Program-made: the position numbers and the translations under genes
The notes under the pieces: generated by a model
The model's database searches: none
The model's input: the letters and a program-made list of their open reading frames with translations, nothing else
What the model was told of the DNA's origin: nothing
Source: an uncultured Desulfobacter sp.
GTDB lineage: Bacteria; Desulfobacterota; Desulfobacteria; Desulfobacterales; Desulfobacteraceae
DNA length: 64,000 nt
Reading direction: 5' to 3'
Assembly (NCBI GenBank): GCA_963665095.1
Contig: OY762069.1
Location: 832,001-896,000 of the forward strand
Shown: piece after piece, positions 23,419 through 35,400 of the stretch
How the letters are laid out: every line of letters begins with the position of its first letter
Numbering within the stretch: the stretch's first letter is position 1

Positions 23419-24918
23419 ATGAAATGTATTAGATTTAAAGTCTGTCTTGCGTTACTGATGCTGGTAATTTTTGCAGGCACCACCTGGGCTTCGGCACCTA
23501 AGTATGTATTTTATTTTATCGGGGATGGCATGGCAAGTCCCCAGATTCATGCCACTGAGGCATATCTGGCATCCCTTAGCGAGGCAGATGAGGTTGAAGG
23601 CGGCGTAAAAGAAGTCAGATTGAACATAACTCAGCTGCCGGTTCTGGGCATGCAGACAACCTATGCCAGTGATCGGTTTATCACGGATTCAGCCGCAGCC
23701 GGCACAGCCCTTGCCTGTGGGAAAAAAACAAACTGCGGGGTTATCGCCATGGATGCCACCGGGAGCATCAGCTATAAATCCATTGCCGAAGCAGCCAAGG
23801 AAATAGGTATGAAAGTCGGCATTATCTCAAGCGTTTCCATTGACCATGCCACGCCCGCTGTTTTTTATGCCCATCAGGCAAGCCGGAACAATTACCTCAT
23901 GATCGGCGCTGAACTCGTGCAAAGCGATTTTGATTATTTTGCCGGAGGCGGGTTTCGCGTGAACAAATGGAACGACGACACCTACGGACCATTGTCAGAC
24001 GATGAGAGCTGGGAAGAGCTTGAAAAAGTGGCGGTTGAAGATTTTGGATTCACTTTTACCAATACCCGCACCGAATTTGATGCGCTGACCAGTGATTCCG
24101 GCCGGGTGATTGCTGTAAACCCTTACCTGGACAGCTCCAATGCCATTCCATACGCCATCAACCGACTGAATAACCCATCTTATGATGGCTCAATTACTCT
24201 TGCTGAGTTTACCCAGAAAGGCATCGACCTGATGGCGGACAACAGTGCAGGGTTCTTTATGATGGTTGAAGGCGGAAAAATTGACTGGGCCTGCCATGCC
24301 AATGACGCCATGGCCACCATTCAGGATACCATTGCCTTTGATGATGCCGTAAAAGTTGCCATTGATTTTGCAGAACAATATCCTGATGAAACTTTGATTG
24401 TTATTACTGGTGATCATGAGTGCGGCGGCATGACTTTAGGGTATGTGGCCACAGCCTATGATTCCTATTATGAAAAACTGGCTAACCAGACCATGGCCTA
24501 TGATGATTTTGACAGTTTGGTTGATGACCACATCGCAGCATATGGGGACACTATTCCTGCAGATATAGATGATGGCCTCTGGACCATGATGGAAACCTAT
24601 TTTGGCCTGCACAAAAGTGATCTGTCGGATTACGAAATCGGATTGCTGGAAGACGCATTTGACAAGGAGGTGAACGGCACCAGTGAACACACCTCTGATG
24701 AAGATTATGTGATATATGGTGGTTACAGCCCCATCAGTGTTACCGTTACCCATGTGCTCAATCGTCAGTCCGGATTGTCCTTTTCATCCAGTTCACATAC
24801 AGCCGTACCCGTGCCTGTTTACGCGTCAGGAACCGGGTCAACCACATTTTCCGGATATTATGACAATACGGATATTGCAAAAAAACTGGCTGAGGTTATG
24901 GGTGTGACATTGGACTAA
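23419..24918 (+). CDS. phoA: Alkaline phosphatase (secreted)
   Basis: Signal peptide; FIGDGM, TDSAAAGTA, HATPA, VEGGKIDWACHAND, GDHECGG. Confidence 0.92.
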   Translation: MKCIRFKVCLALLMLVIFAGTTWASAPKYVFYFIGDGMASPQIHATEAYLASLSEADEVEGGVKEVRLNITQLPVLGMQTTYASDRFITDSAAAGTALACGKKTNCGVIAMDATGSISYKSIAEAAKEIGMKVGIISSVSIDHATPAVFYAHQASRNNYLMIGAELVQSDFDYFAGGGFRVNKWNDDTYGPLSDDESWEELEKVAVEDFGFTFTNTRTEFDALTSDSGRVIAVNPYLDSSNAIPYAINRLNNPSYDGSITLAEFTQKGIDLMADNSAGFFMMVEGGKIDWACHANDAMATIQDTIAFDDAVKVAIDFAEQYPDETLIVITGDHECGGMTLGYVATAYDSYYEKLANQTMAYDDFDSLVDDHIAAYGDTIPADIDDGLWTMMETYFGLHKSDLSDYEIGLLEDAFDKEVNGTSEHTSDEDYVIYGGYSPISVTVTHVLNRQSGLSFSSSSHTAVPVPVYASGTGSTTFSGYYDNTDIAKKLAEVMGVTLD

Positions 24919-24957
24919 TGATTCAAGCGAACCATTTATAAATAAGTTACCATATTT

Positions 24958-25006
24958 TTACAGAACGCAGGCAAAGACAGGCTTGTCTTTTGCCTGCGTT
25001 CTGTAA
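24958..25006. repeat. Long intergenic inverted repeat (terminator or mRNA stability hairpin)
   Basis: TTACAGAACGCAGGCAAA-GACA / TGTC-T-TTTGCCTGCGTTCTGTAA, about 22 bp with one bulge. Confidence 0.7.
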
Positions 25007-25035
25007 TTTGCTCTGTCAAGATTGTTTAAAAACCA

Positions 25036-26151
25036 ATGATAAAAAATTACATAACACAAATTATTTTTACCCTTCTTTGCATAATTCTCTGGCTCGTTCC
25101 CACGGGATTTGAGCACAGTGCTTCAAAAAAGACATACCTCCATAAAGCCCAGGTTCAGTCAGTGGACAACCTGGATTTAAGACAGCACCAGGTGATCCGT
25201 ACCGGCACCCAGGACCTGAAGGTTATACTGACGCAGGGCCCCTACAAGGGAAGGGTCGTCAGAGTTGTGAATCCATTATTCGGAAAGCTTGAGGTGGATG
25301 AAATATACCAAAAAGGGGATCTGCTTCTTGTGGAATACCAGGTCCATAAGGAAAAGATAAAGATGGCCTATGCCCGGGGACATTACCGTCTCTCCCATGA
25401 GTTGCTGCTGGTAATTCTTTTTTTGATATTTTTAGTCGCCGTAGCCGGGACCACCGGTTTGAAAGCCATCCTGTCTTTAATCTTTGCCGCCCTGACTCTT
25501 TGGAAAGTGCTGATTCCCTGTTTCCTTAAAAATATGGATCCCATTCTTGTAGCCCTTGGCGTGGTTGCGGCCCTAAGTGCTTCGGTGAGCTTTCTGGTGG
25601 GCGGATTGACCCGAAAGGGCCTGACCGCTTTTTTAGGGTCCTTTGCCGGCCTGTTGCTTGCCTGTGTGCTGGCAAAACTATTTTCCGGCGGGTTCTGCCT
25701 CAACGGGGCTGTCAGGCCATATGCGGAAAATTTGCTCTATTCCGGATATGCTGATCTGAATCTCATGGATATATTTTTGGCTGGAATTTTTATTGCCTGC
25801 TCCGGTGCTGTGATGGATATTGCCATGGACATTGCGGCATCCATTGGGGAAGTTAAAAAAAAGAAGCCCGATATTGGGCTTATGGAACTTTTTCGGTCAG
25901 GTATGGCTGTGGGGCGGGCGGTTATCGGGACCATGACCACAACGCTTCTGCTTGCCTATTCCGGAGGCTATACGGCCATGATCATGAATTTCATGAGTAT
26001 GGGGTTTAAAATCCGGCAGATACTGAATATGAATCACGTAGCCGCAGAAATCCTGAATATTTTTGTGGGAAGCTTCGGGCTCGTTGCTGTAGCGCCTTTT
26101 ACCGCCATTATTGGCGCCGTGCTTTACAGCTACAAAAGTGATGCGTCCTGA
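25036..26151 (+). CDS. YibE/F family membrane protein
   Basis: Multiple TM segments; GAVMDIAMDIAAS, G..VGRAVIGTMTTTLLLAYSG. Confidence 0.88.
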   Translation: MIKNYITQIIFTLLCIILWLVPTGFEHSASKKTYLHKAQVQSVDNLDLRQHQVIRTGTQDLKVILTQGPYKGRVVRVVNPLFGKLEVDEIYQKGDLLLVEYQVHKEKIKMAYARGHYRLSHELLLVILFLIFLVAVAGTTGLKAILSLIFAALTLWKVLIPCFLKNMDPILVALGVVAALSASVSFLVGGLTRKGLTAFLGSFAGLLLACVLAKLFSGGFCLNGAVRPYAENLLYSGYADLNLMDIFLAGIFIACSGAVMDIAMDIAASIGEVKKKKPDIGLMELFRSGMAVGRAVIGTMTTTLLLAYSGGYTAMIMNFMSMGFKIRQILNMNHVAAEILNIFVGSFGLVAVAPFTAIIGAVLYSYKSDAS

Positions 26152-26229
26152 TATGAAAGAAACAGGGATGGACATTGTCTTATCTCAAAATCGACATATC
26201 TGCATCCCTGTTTGATTCAAATTCAGGCC

Positions 26230-28272
26230 TTAATTTGAATACAGGCCCATCAATTGTCCCCAGGTAAGGATGTGGCCGCTCATTGCCGCTTCCACCTCTG
26301 CTTTGGTGGCCCCGGCGGTTAAGTTCAGAGTTGTATCAAGAGCGTAAAATTTAAAATAATACCGATGGGTGGTGCCGGAAGGCGGGCAGGGTCCGCCGTA
26401 TGCATTATCTCCAAAATCATTTACCCCGTGGATCGCACCGTTTTCCAGATTATCGGTGGCAGGTATACCAGCGCTTAAAGACCGGGTGGCTGCCGGCAGA
26501 TTAAAAAGCACCCAGTGGACAAAGGTGCCATAGGGGGCATCTGGGTCATCACAGATCAGGACAAGGCTTTCAGTGTCATCAGGAACGCCGGATATGGAAA
26601 GATCAGGAGATATATCCGATCCATTGCAGGCATAATCATCCGGAATGGATTCCCCCTCACTGAATGCCGTGCTGGTAACCGCCATGGCCGAGGTAACCGG
26701 TACAGACATCCCGGTAATGGGAAGGGCTGCAGGCTCATTTGACGGATCTGTGACTGCACGGGCGACCACCACGTAATTTCCTTCGGAGGGAAAGGTGTAT
26801 TCACAGGTGTTGCTGGTGGAATAAGGCTGGACAAGGGTCCAGTCTGTTCCATAAGAGGCGGTTCCATATCCCGGACAATAATAGAACGCATAATACAAAT
26901 CTGCACTGCTGCCGGCAGAGGCGGATACTGTAAAGGTTGTCGGTATATTGGCTGCTGTGGTTGCTGTCTGACTTTTTTCAAGGGCGATTAAATTAACACC
27001 ATCTTCTGAACCAACTGAAACCGCCTGCCCTATTAAAGGAAGCGCATCTGGCTCATTGGCGGTATCAGTAACCCCTCTGACAACAATGATGTAATCTCCT
27101 GCCAACGGGAAGGTATAGTCACAGGTGTTGGATGTGGAGTACGGCTGGACAACCGTCCATGGTGTTGTTTCATAGTTATCCGTACCATAGTTGGCACAGT
27201 AAAAAAATTTATAATATACGGTTTCCCCGGTGTCGCTCTGTGCATCAACTGTAACGGTTACGGGTGTTCCTGCCTGGGGTTGGGATGAGGAAAGAACCAG
27301 ACTGGAAAAACTGACGCTGGCGGAAGAGGTTGTCCCGGATCCCACTGACTCCTGCCAGGTATTATAAAAATAATTGAGAAGATCCACAAACTCTTCCGTG
27401 GCCTTCCGGTGGCCCGCTGAACTGGGATGGCTGTCCCATTCATCCGCAGGGTATGCACTGAAATTATACTCAGTTCCGGTGACATGTTCCTCGCTGTTAT
27501 TATTCCACCGATGATGATTGTTGGTACCTGTCAGAATATTATAGTAATCAAATACCGCCACATTACTGTATGGGTAATCATCCAGCCAGTCGTTCACCAG
27601 CCAGTTGTTGAAGGCCCTGGCATTGGCTGCCCGCTGGGCCGGCGTCTGCTCATCCTCGGAATACTCGTTTTCATTCTGGGGCGGTGCTGTGATAACTATG
27701 AACAGCTTGTCCGTCCGGGTGCGAAAATAGGTTAGAAGATTGTTGTACACGGCTTTGGCATTGCTAACCGTATACTGATCGTTCGGGGTTGACCCTGCCG
27801 CATCATCAGGATTTCCAAAAAGATCCGAATTGGGAAAACAGGATTTGAACAGGATGATCTCATTTTCACCCCCCGGGTCTGAGGCCAGTCTGGACCACTC
27901 CCCATAGCCCTCAATATTCTGACCGGTTTCATCGTAGAGTGCTGAAAGAACCGTGCTGCTTTGAGATCCGGTAAACCAGCCTGGCCAGTTGGGAATATCC
28001 GTGCTGTCCCCGATACTGTCAGGCCCCCAGCCGTAATTGGTGGCACTGACATAATAGTTGTTGTTCATCAACGCCGCTCCCAGCCCGCCGCTGGGCTGGT
28101 CGGAATTTTCATCTGCCAGCCAGTTTCCCCCGGTGGAATGGTGGATGAAAATCAGTTTAACTGTCTCAGACGGAGGCGAATTATCCGCTGCCGCTATCAA
28201 AATGGAGGTCTGTAACAACAATGCCATGGTTGTCATCACACAAAATTTTGCTGTTTTGTAAATCAGGTTCAT
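26230..28272 (-). CDS. Secreted multidomain protein: N-terminal alpha/beta domain, two ~100-aa repeats, C-terminal YbhB/YbcL (PEBP) domain
   Basis: Signal peptide; duplicated YY.F.YC..YGT..Y...WT.VQPYSTSNTC.YTFP; DDPDAP..FVHW, YGGPCPP, HRYYF. Confidence 0.8.
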   Translation of the reverse strand: MNLIYKTAKFCVMTTMALLLQTSILIAAADNSPPSETVKLIFIHHSTGGNWLADENSDQPSGGLGAALMNNNYYVSATNYGWGPDSIGDSTDIPNWPGWFTGSQSSTVLSALYDETGQNIEGYGEWSRLASDPGGENEIILFKSCFPNSDLFGNPDDAAGSTPNDQYTVSNAKAVYNNLLTYFRTRTDKLFIVITAPPQNENEYSEDEQTPAQRAANARAFNNWLVNDWLDDYPYSNVAVFDYYNILTGTNNHHRWNNNSEEHVTGTEYNFSAYPADEWDSHPSSAGHRKATEEFVDLLNYFYNTWQESVGSGTTSSASVSFSSLVLSSSQPQAGTPVTVTVDAQSDTGETVYYKFFYCANYGTDNYETTPWTVVQPYSTSNTCDYTFPLAGDYIIVVRGVTDTANEPDALPLIGQAVSVGSEDGVNLIALEKSQTATTAANIPTTFTVSASAGSSADLYYAFYYCPGYGTASYGTDWTLVQPYSTSNTCEYTFPSEGNYVVVARAVTDPSNEPAALPITGMSVPVTSAMAVTSTAFSEGESIPDDYACNGSDISPDLSISGVPDDTESLVLICDDPDAPYGTFVHWVLFNLPAATRSLSAGIPATDNLENGAIHGVNDFGDNAYGGPCPPSGTTHRYYFKFYALDTTLNLTAGATKAEVEAAMSGHILTWGQLMGLYSN

Positions 28273-28807
28273 GGTTTCTCTCCTTGTTTCTTTTGGTGTT
28301 ATGGATTGAAATAACTTTTGTTAAGTTTATCTTCCGGGGAAATTTAAAGCGGAACAAGCCCCCCTGATCATCAACCTCAACGACAACAAAACGCTGACCT
28401 GGATAACGAGCTGAAATGAACGGCTAAATCAGGGACGACACTGTGTTCAACAATCATCGCAACGCATATGAACCCCGTGCTTTGTTCCACATAACCTTTT
28501 ATTTTTTTAAGAAATCTCTTTTGTAACAACTATGATTCAACCATTAGCACATTGTGTTTATTATGCCAACAAACATACTGCCGTATTGAAAATTTCGCCC
28601 GGTATTAGCATAATAGATTTAAAATATCCCCTCCAGGGAAGATTAAACGGATTCAAAATAGAGCCATATTTGTAAGTGTCTTTTTTTTTGACCAGCACTT
28701 TAATTTACGCTAAGTATATCCTGATGCCTGTCTGTTATAATTTTGCAATTTGGTTGATATCCAGTACCCTCGGCGATTCCTTTGGAGGGGAAAGGAAACG
28801 TTTTCGA

Positions 28808-31192
28808 ATGAGAACGACAAGAATTATCGTACTCCTTGCGTCATGCCTGCTGGTGCTTCTGGCCCATACGGCATGGTCCGGGCCGGTCTACACCATAGAG
28901 TTTATCAACGGATCTGAAAAAGAATCCGGGGTTCAAACATTTCAGGACCAGATCAGAGACGAGATAAACGCGTTGATGAAAAGCCGGGGGAAAATCCAGT
29001 ATCAGACCCGTCTCGTCCCGGTATTTCCCCCGGAAAAAAGTGTGGATGCCATTGCCGCTCTTACAAAGGACACTGCGGTGGACTGCTTTATCAGCGTCGG
29101 ATTTGACATCACTGACAGGGTGGTCCGGCAGGAGAGTTATCCAAGGCCTGTTATTGCCGTAGGCGTTGTGGACCACAAGCTCCAGGGAATTCAAAGAACA
29201 GCTGAAAAGACCAGCGGAGTTCACAATTTCAACTATATCGAATCCCACTTTGACATTGAACAGGATCTACGGACATTTAAATCGCTTTACGAATACCGGC
29301 ATTTAGCTGTTGTCCTGCCCAGGGACGATGCCCGCACATCTCTTCTTCTTGAAAATTATTTCAGCCGGATTCATTCATCCATCTCCCCGGAGTCGGATTA
29401 TTCCATTATCATTATAAGTCCGGACCATATAACCCCGGGCATTCCCGAAATTCCTGAAAGTATTGATGCGGTATACCTTCTGCCCCTGTTCTCGGAGAAG
29501 GGGGAGCAACAGATGGCAGCCGTCATCCGGGAGGTCAACAACCGGAAGCTGCCCTCCTTTGCCCTTTTAGGGGAATCCCATGTCCGTTTAGGGGCCATGG
29601 CCGCCATTGCCCCGGCCCGCAATATTTCCGTGATGGCCCGGCGGGTGGCCATCAACGTCCTGGAAATTCTGGAGGGCCGGGACCCTGCCACCCTGCCCGT
29701 TTCCATATCCAGGTATGCGCAGAATTTTGTGGTCAATGTGGAGACTCTGCAGAAAATTGATTTTTATCCGGCCTGGACCGCTGTGGAAAAAGCCCGCCTC
29801 ATCAACCTTGAAAAGCTGCACCAAAAAGGTCCGGGGCTTCAGCTCAAACAGGTTATTTTTGAAGCCCTGGAACGGAACCTGGACTATCTTTCGGCAAAAA
29901 CTGCTACCCGGATCCAGGAAGAGGAAGCCGGCAAGGCCGGGGCGGCCCTCCTGCCCCAGGTCAGCCTGTCTGCCGGGGTGACACAGATTGACGAAGAGCG
30001 GGTGGAAATTTCACAAACCTACCCGGCCCAGACCACCCTTCTGGCATCGGCCGGTCTGGACCAGATTGTATTTTCAGATGATATCCTGGCCAACCGCGCC
30101 ATCCAGAACATGTTGACCCGGGCCCAGCAGCATGAGGAGGCAACCGTCCTTCTGGATACAGTGCTGACCGCGGCCAGGGCCTACATCAATCTGCTCCTGG
30201 CCACAAGCGCCCAGACCATCCACAACGACAACCTCGGGGTGACCCGTAAAAACCTGGAGATTGCGAAAAACAAGGCGTCTGTGGGTACGGTCAACGCCTC
30301 AGAGGTGAGCCGCTGGGAAAGTGAAATGGCCGCCAACCAGATCAGCCTGAACGATGCGTTCCGGGACCAGCAGCTGGCCCGGATGACCCTGAACCAGGTC
30401 CTGGACCGACCCATCACCCGGGACTTCACCATAGAGGATATTACGCCAGGCAAGGGCATCGAACTGATGATCACGGATTCTGAAGTATACCAGCACCTGG
30501 GCAATTTAAAAAAAGTCAGGCGGTTCAGCCGGTTCCTGATCCTGGAGACCGACCGGTACCTTCCGGAACTCAGGCAGATCCGGGAAAATATCAAAGCCAG
30601 CGAGCGCCAGGTACTGAACCGGGAACGCGCCCTGTACCTGCCCGATGTCGTCCTCCAGGGATCTGTGGACAAGGTCATGAAGGAGTACAATTACCGGGAA
30701 AAGACACCGTCGGACCTTGACCATCCCTGGACGGTCTCCCTGATGGCCTCCTGGCCGCTGTTCACCGGGGGCGCCGACAAAAAGGCGCTTTCCCAGAGCC
30801 GCTGGCAGCTGAAACGGCAGCAGCTGCAGGAACGGAACATGGTTAACCAGTACCACATGAACACCTGTGCAAAACTGGAAACCGCGGCGGTCTCCGCCCG
30901 GGAGATTGATCTGGCTCAGACCCGGCATGCCGCCGCATTGAAAAGCTTTGAAATTATCCAGGCCGGGTATGCCGAGGGCCGCAACAGTGTCACAGAACTG
31001 ATTGACGCACAGAATGCCAAGCTGGGCAGTGAACAGGCCCTGGCCTCAGCCCGGTACCAGTTTGTCCTTGATCTCCTTGAAATGGAACGGGCCACCGGCC
31101 GGTTTTACTTCCTGGACACCCCGGACGAGAAACAGGCGTTTTTCAACCGCCTGAAGGAACATATGGAAACAACCCTGAAAGACAACGCCTAG
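28808..31192 (+). CDS. TolC-family outer membrane efflux protein with an extra N-terminal periplasmic domain
   Basis: C-terminal ~430 aa carry two OEP repeats (ALERN, LLPQVSL, LYLPDV, YAEGRNSVTELIDAQ); the N-terminal ~330 aa resemble an ABC substrate-binding fold. Confidence 0.85.
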   Translation: MRTTRIIVLLASCLLVLLAHTAWSGPVYTIEFINGSEKESGVQTFQDQIRDEINALMKSRGKIQYQTRLVPVFPPEKSVDAIAALTKDTAVDCFISVGFDITDRVVRQESYPRPVIAVGVVDHKLQGIQRTAEKTSGVHNFNYIESHFDIEQDLRTFKSLYEYRHLAVVLPRDDARTSLLLENYFSRIHSSISPESDYSIIIISPDHITPGIPEIPESIDAVYLLPLFSEKGEQQMAAVIREVNNRKLPSFALLGESHVRLGAMAAIAPARNISVMARRVAINVLEILEGRDPATLPVSISRYAQNFVVNVETLQKIDFYPAWTAVEKARLINLEKLHQKGPGLQLKQVIFEALERNLDYLSAKTATRIQEEEAGKAGAALLPQVSLSAGVTQIDEERVEISQTYPAQTTLLASAGLDQIVFSDDILANRAIQNMLTRAQQHEEATVLLDTVLTAARAYINLLLATSAQTIHNDNLGVTRKNLEIAKNKASVGTVNASEVSRWESEMAANQISLNDAFRDQQLARMTLNQVLDRPITRDFTIEDITPGKGIELMITDSEVYQHLGNLKKVRRFSRFLILETDRYLPELRQIRENIKASERQVLNRERALYLPDVVLQGSVDKVMKEYNYREKTPSDLDHPWTVSLMASWPLFTGGADKKALSQSRWQLKRQQLQERNMVNQYHMNTCAKLETAAVSAREIDLAQTRHAAALKSFEIIQAGYAEGRNSVTELIDAQNAKLGSEQALASARYQFVLDLLEMERATGRFYFLDTPDEKQAFFNRLKEHMETTLKDNA

Positions 31193-31199
31193 GAAAAAT

Positions 31200-32366
31200 A
31201 TGACACGTTCCAGTTTTTCTATTCTGGTCTGCCTTTTTCTTGTTGCCGCCGGATGCGGCAGCACGGAGAATGAAACCAGGGAAGAGACCGCGACCGCGGT
31301 ACGTCCGGTGCGCTATATTGTGCTTGAGCCGGTGACCCAGACCGTAAACCAGCGCTTCAGCGGTACTGCCCAGGCAAAAAAAGAGGCGGTCCTCAGCTTT
31401 AAGGTAAGTGGCACCATTGAAAACATCCCTGTAAAAATCGGAGACCGGGTTTCCAAAGGAGACCTTTTGGCCCGGCTGGACGAGACCGACATCCGGATTG
31501 ATGTGGAGACATCCCAGGCAGGACTTAAAGCATCCCAGGCCGATGTAAAGTCTGCCCAGACCAATGTCTATACCACCCGATCCAACTATGACCGGATCCA
31601 GAAACTTTACGAGAATGACAATGTCTCTCTCAGCGAGTTTGAGCAGGCCCGGGGCAATTATGAAACGTCCCTTGCAAGCCTCCAGGCGGCAAAGTCACGG
31701 ATGACCACAGAAACATCCAAGCTGCAGGCGGCAAAAAATCAGCTCATGTACACCCGGCTCACCGCCCCCTTTACCGGGATTGTCAATTCAATTCCCGTGG
31801 AAGAGAACGAGGAAATAACGCCTGGCAGCCCGGTGCTGACCCTGAGCGGTGCGGGTAACCTTGAGGTCAGCGTGAGTGTGTCAGACCTCTACATCGCCCG
31901 GATCCGGACCGGCATGCCCTGCCAGGTGACCTTTGCCCCCTTGCAGGAGCCCCTGTTTGATGGCCGGGTAACCGAAGTCTCCTACGGCGCCACAGATGCG
32001 CCCACCTATCCGGTTACCGTGGACATCCTTTCCCAGGATACCCGGCTGAGACCCGGCATGGCAGCAGAAGTCCGGTTCGATCTTGGAAAATCTGAAGAAC
32101 AAACCGGGTTGTACGTTCCCAGTGACGGAATGGGGGAAGCCCAGGGTAAGAATTTTGTTTTTGTCATTGACAGGGTACAGGGCAAGGCACAGGACAACAC
32201 CGGCACCATACGCAAACAGACCGTTGATATCGGGCCGCTGACCGAAAAAGGCTTTCTGGTGAAAAGCGGGCTTAACGCCGGAGAACTTGTGGCCACCTCC
32301 GGCCTTCAGCTGCTCGCAGACAAAATGACGGTCAAACTGCTGGATGATCCGGTGAACCAGTGGTAG
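31200..32366 (+). CDS. RND efflux periplasmic adaptor subunit (MFP)
   Basis: Lipobox AAGC; LSFKVSG.I...VKIGDRVSKG.LLARLD; APFTGIV; LRPGM. Confidence 0.92.
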   Translation: MTRSSFSILVCLFLVAAGCGSTENETREETATAVRPVRYIVLEPVTQTVNQRFSGTAQAKKEAVLSFKVSGTIENIPVKIGDRVSKGDLLARLDETDIRIDVETSQAGLKASQADVKSAQTNVYTTRSNYDRIQKLYENDNVSLSEFEQARGNYETSLASLQAAKSRMTTETSKLQAAKNQLMYTRLTAPFTGIVNSIPVEENEEITPGSPVLTLSGAGNLEVSVSVSDLYIARIRTGMPCQVTFAPLQEPLFDGRVTEVSYGATDAPTYPVTVDILSQDTRLRPGMAAEVRFDLGKSEEQTGLYVPSDGMGEAQGKNFVFVIDRVQGKAQDNTGTIRKQTVDIGPLTEKGFLVKSGLNAGELVATSGLQLLADKMTVKLLDDPVNQW

Positions 32367-32493
32367 CAGACCGGATTTTATCTACCCGGCCGCCTGTCTG
32401 TTACCCTGTTTATCCAACGAAATAGTGCCTGAACGAAAATCAAACATTAAATAAAATGAATCAGAGGATAAATCCAAACAGTTTAGGAAACCA

Positions 32494-35400
32494 ATGAACC
32501 TGACAGCCTTTGCCATAAAGAAAAATCGGATTTCACTGAGTCTTTTATTTATTGTGGTCCTCCTTGGCATCGCCCTTTACCAGGACCTGCCCAGGGACAG
32601 CATGCCCCCTTATGTGGTCCGGGTGGCCACCATTGTCTCTGTTTTCCCCGGTGCCAACCCGGAACGGGTGGAGCTTCTGGTCAGCAAGAACATTGAAGAG
32701 GTGGTGCAGGAGATCCCTGAAGTTAAAACCATTACCTCCCAGTCCAGGACGGGTCTTTCCGTTGTTACCGTTGAACTCAAAGATGAAGTCTCAAAAGAGA
32801 TGCTCCAGGATGTCTGGGATGAGCTTCGGCGAAAGCTCGAAGATATGACCACCCTGCCAAGTGGTGTGGCCCCGAATTTAAATGACGATGATGTGGGTGT
32901 GGTGTACGGGATTATTCTGGGGCTGATCTCCACTGATTTTTCCTATGCCGAGATGGAAGATGTGGCGGAACGGATCAGGGATGAGCTGATTGCGCTGCCG
33001 GACTCGGCCAAGGTGGAGCTCGGGGGAATCCAGGAGCAGCAGGTGGTGGTGGAGTTTGACACGGCTCGGCTCAGCGAGTACGGCCTCACCGTCCAAAAAC
33101 TTGGCCAGATCATCAAAGAGACTAATATCCTGGACTCAGGGGGCGAGATCAATGTGGGAGAAAAACGGCTGATCCTGGAACCCACAGGCAATTACGACAC
33201 CATCCAGGACCTGAAAAAGACCATCATTCCCGTTGGGGACAAGGGAGAGACGGTCTTTCTCGAGTCCATTACCACCATCCGGAAAACCTATAAAACACCG
33301 CCTACAAGCCTGGTCCGGGTCAATGGGAAACCAGCCATCTCCATTGCCATCTCCTTGAAAGACCAGGCCAATATCATCTCTTTGGGCAAGATGGTGGAGG
33401 AATGCATTGCCGATCTTAACCGCCGCCTGCCCTTAGGGTTTGAGGTGATTCGCCTGGCCTCCCTGGACGGATATGTCCAGGAATCCATTGACAGTTTCAT
33501 CGGCAACCTGTTCCAGAGCATCGGCATTGTCATGGCGGTCATGCTGGTGTTTTTGGGATTTCGCACGGGGCTTGTGGTAGCAGGGCTTATCCCCCTTGTC
33601 ACCATCATGACCCTGATGCTCATGGGTGTGATCCACATGGGGCTCAACCAGGTGACCCTGGCTGCCCTGATCATGGCCCTTGGCATGATGGTGGACAACG
33701 GTATTGTGGTGTCGGAATCCTTTATCGTGAAGATGGAAGCAGGCAAAGACCGGATGGACGCGGCCCTGGAAACCTGCAGGGAGCTGATGGTCCCGCTGCT
33801 CATTTCAACTTTGACCACATCTGCGGCCTTTCTCTCCTTTTTCCTGGCCGAATCCACCATGGGTGACATCATGGGCCCGCTGTTTGTGGTCATCTCCTTT
33901 GCCCTGGTCTCCTCATGGCTCATGAGCCTGACCATCATTCCCCTGATGGCCTACTATTTTGTCAAAGTGAAGAAAAAAGAGGAAGGGGCTTCCAAATTTT
34001 CGCTTTTTGACAGCCTGAATTCCGCATACACCTTTCTGCTGAAATGGGTGATGAAGTTCAAACGGACCTTTGTCTGTCTGATGTTTGCCGCATTTCTCAT
34101 ATCCTTAAAGGGGTTTGGCCTGGTCCCGTTCATCTTCTTTCCGGACAGCGACCGTAACATGATCACCGTGGACATCAATCTGCCGTTGGGTACCCATATC
34201 AACAAAACCGCAGAGCTTGTGAAAACCCTTGAAGCGCACATGGCGGATCTGAAAACCAGCCCTGAAAGGCTGCACGGCATCACGGACTGGTCCTCATATA
34301 TAGGCGAAGGGCCGGAATCCTATGATCTGGGGTATTCAGCGGACGAAGCCAACCCCAGTTATGCCCACATCCTTGTCAACACCAGCAGCGGCGATGACAA
34401 TGCCGCCATCATAGAGGATCTGGACTCATTTTGTTTCAACACCTTTCCCAACGCAGACATCAAGGTCTCCTCCCTGAGCCAGGGCGGGGGCGGCACGCCT
34501 GTGGAAATCCGTATTCTGGGCCGGGATCAGGATGTCCTCTACCGGCTGGCCAGTGAGACAAAAACCCGGCTGACCAGCGTTTCAGGTACCAAAAATGTCA
34601 TGGACGACTGGGGACCCAAGCTTTTGAAATTTGTCATAGATATTGATGTGACCAAGGCCAGGAAAGCCGGTGTCACCAATGAAGACATTGCCGTCAGCCT
34701 TCAGACCGGCCTGTCCGGGTACCAGGCAGGGACCTTCCGGGAGGATCAGGACAGCTTAGCCATTCTCATGCGCAGCAAACAGTTCTCCACCCAGAGCCTC
34801 CAGGATTTGGAAAACATCAACGTCTTTGTCCAGTCCACGGGCAAGGCCGTCCCCTTAAGCCAGGTGGCCCGGATCATTCCCAAGTGGGATTATGCAAAGA
34901 TCATGCACTACGGACTGTCCCGGAGCATTACCATCACCTGTGAACTGCGGGAAGGCGCCACCGCCAGCCAGATCACCAAACAGATGCAGGCCTGGCTCAG
35001 TGATGAATCAAAAAAATGGCCTGCCGGCTATAGTTTTGAATTTGGCGGGGATGCGGAAAATACGCAGGAAAACATGGCCGCCGTCATCCAGTACCTGCCC
35101 TTATCCGGCTGTATTATAGTGTTTCTGCTGATTTTTCAGTTCAACGGAATCCGCAAGACCATGATGGTCCTGTCAACCATTCCTTTAGGGATCATCGGCG
35201 TGGTGATCGGCCTGATCGTGTTTCGCTCCTACTTCGGGTTCATGGCCTTTCTCGGGGTGATCTCCCTGGCCGGAATTGTCATCAACAACGCTATTGTGCT
35301 CATTGACCGCATTGAAATTGAGCAGAATGAATTTAACCGCCCCCCGGCACAGGCCATTGAACAGGCCTGCCGCCAGCGCTTCAGGCCCATCATGCTCACC

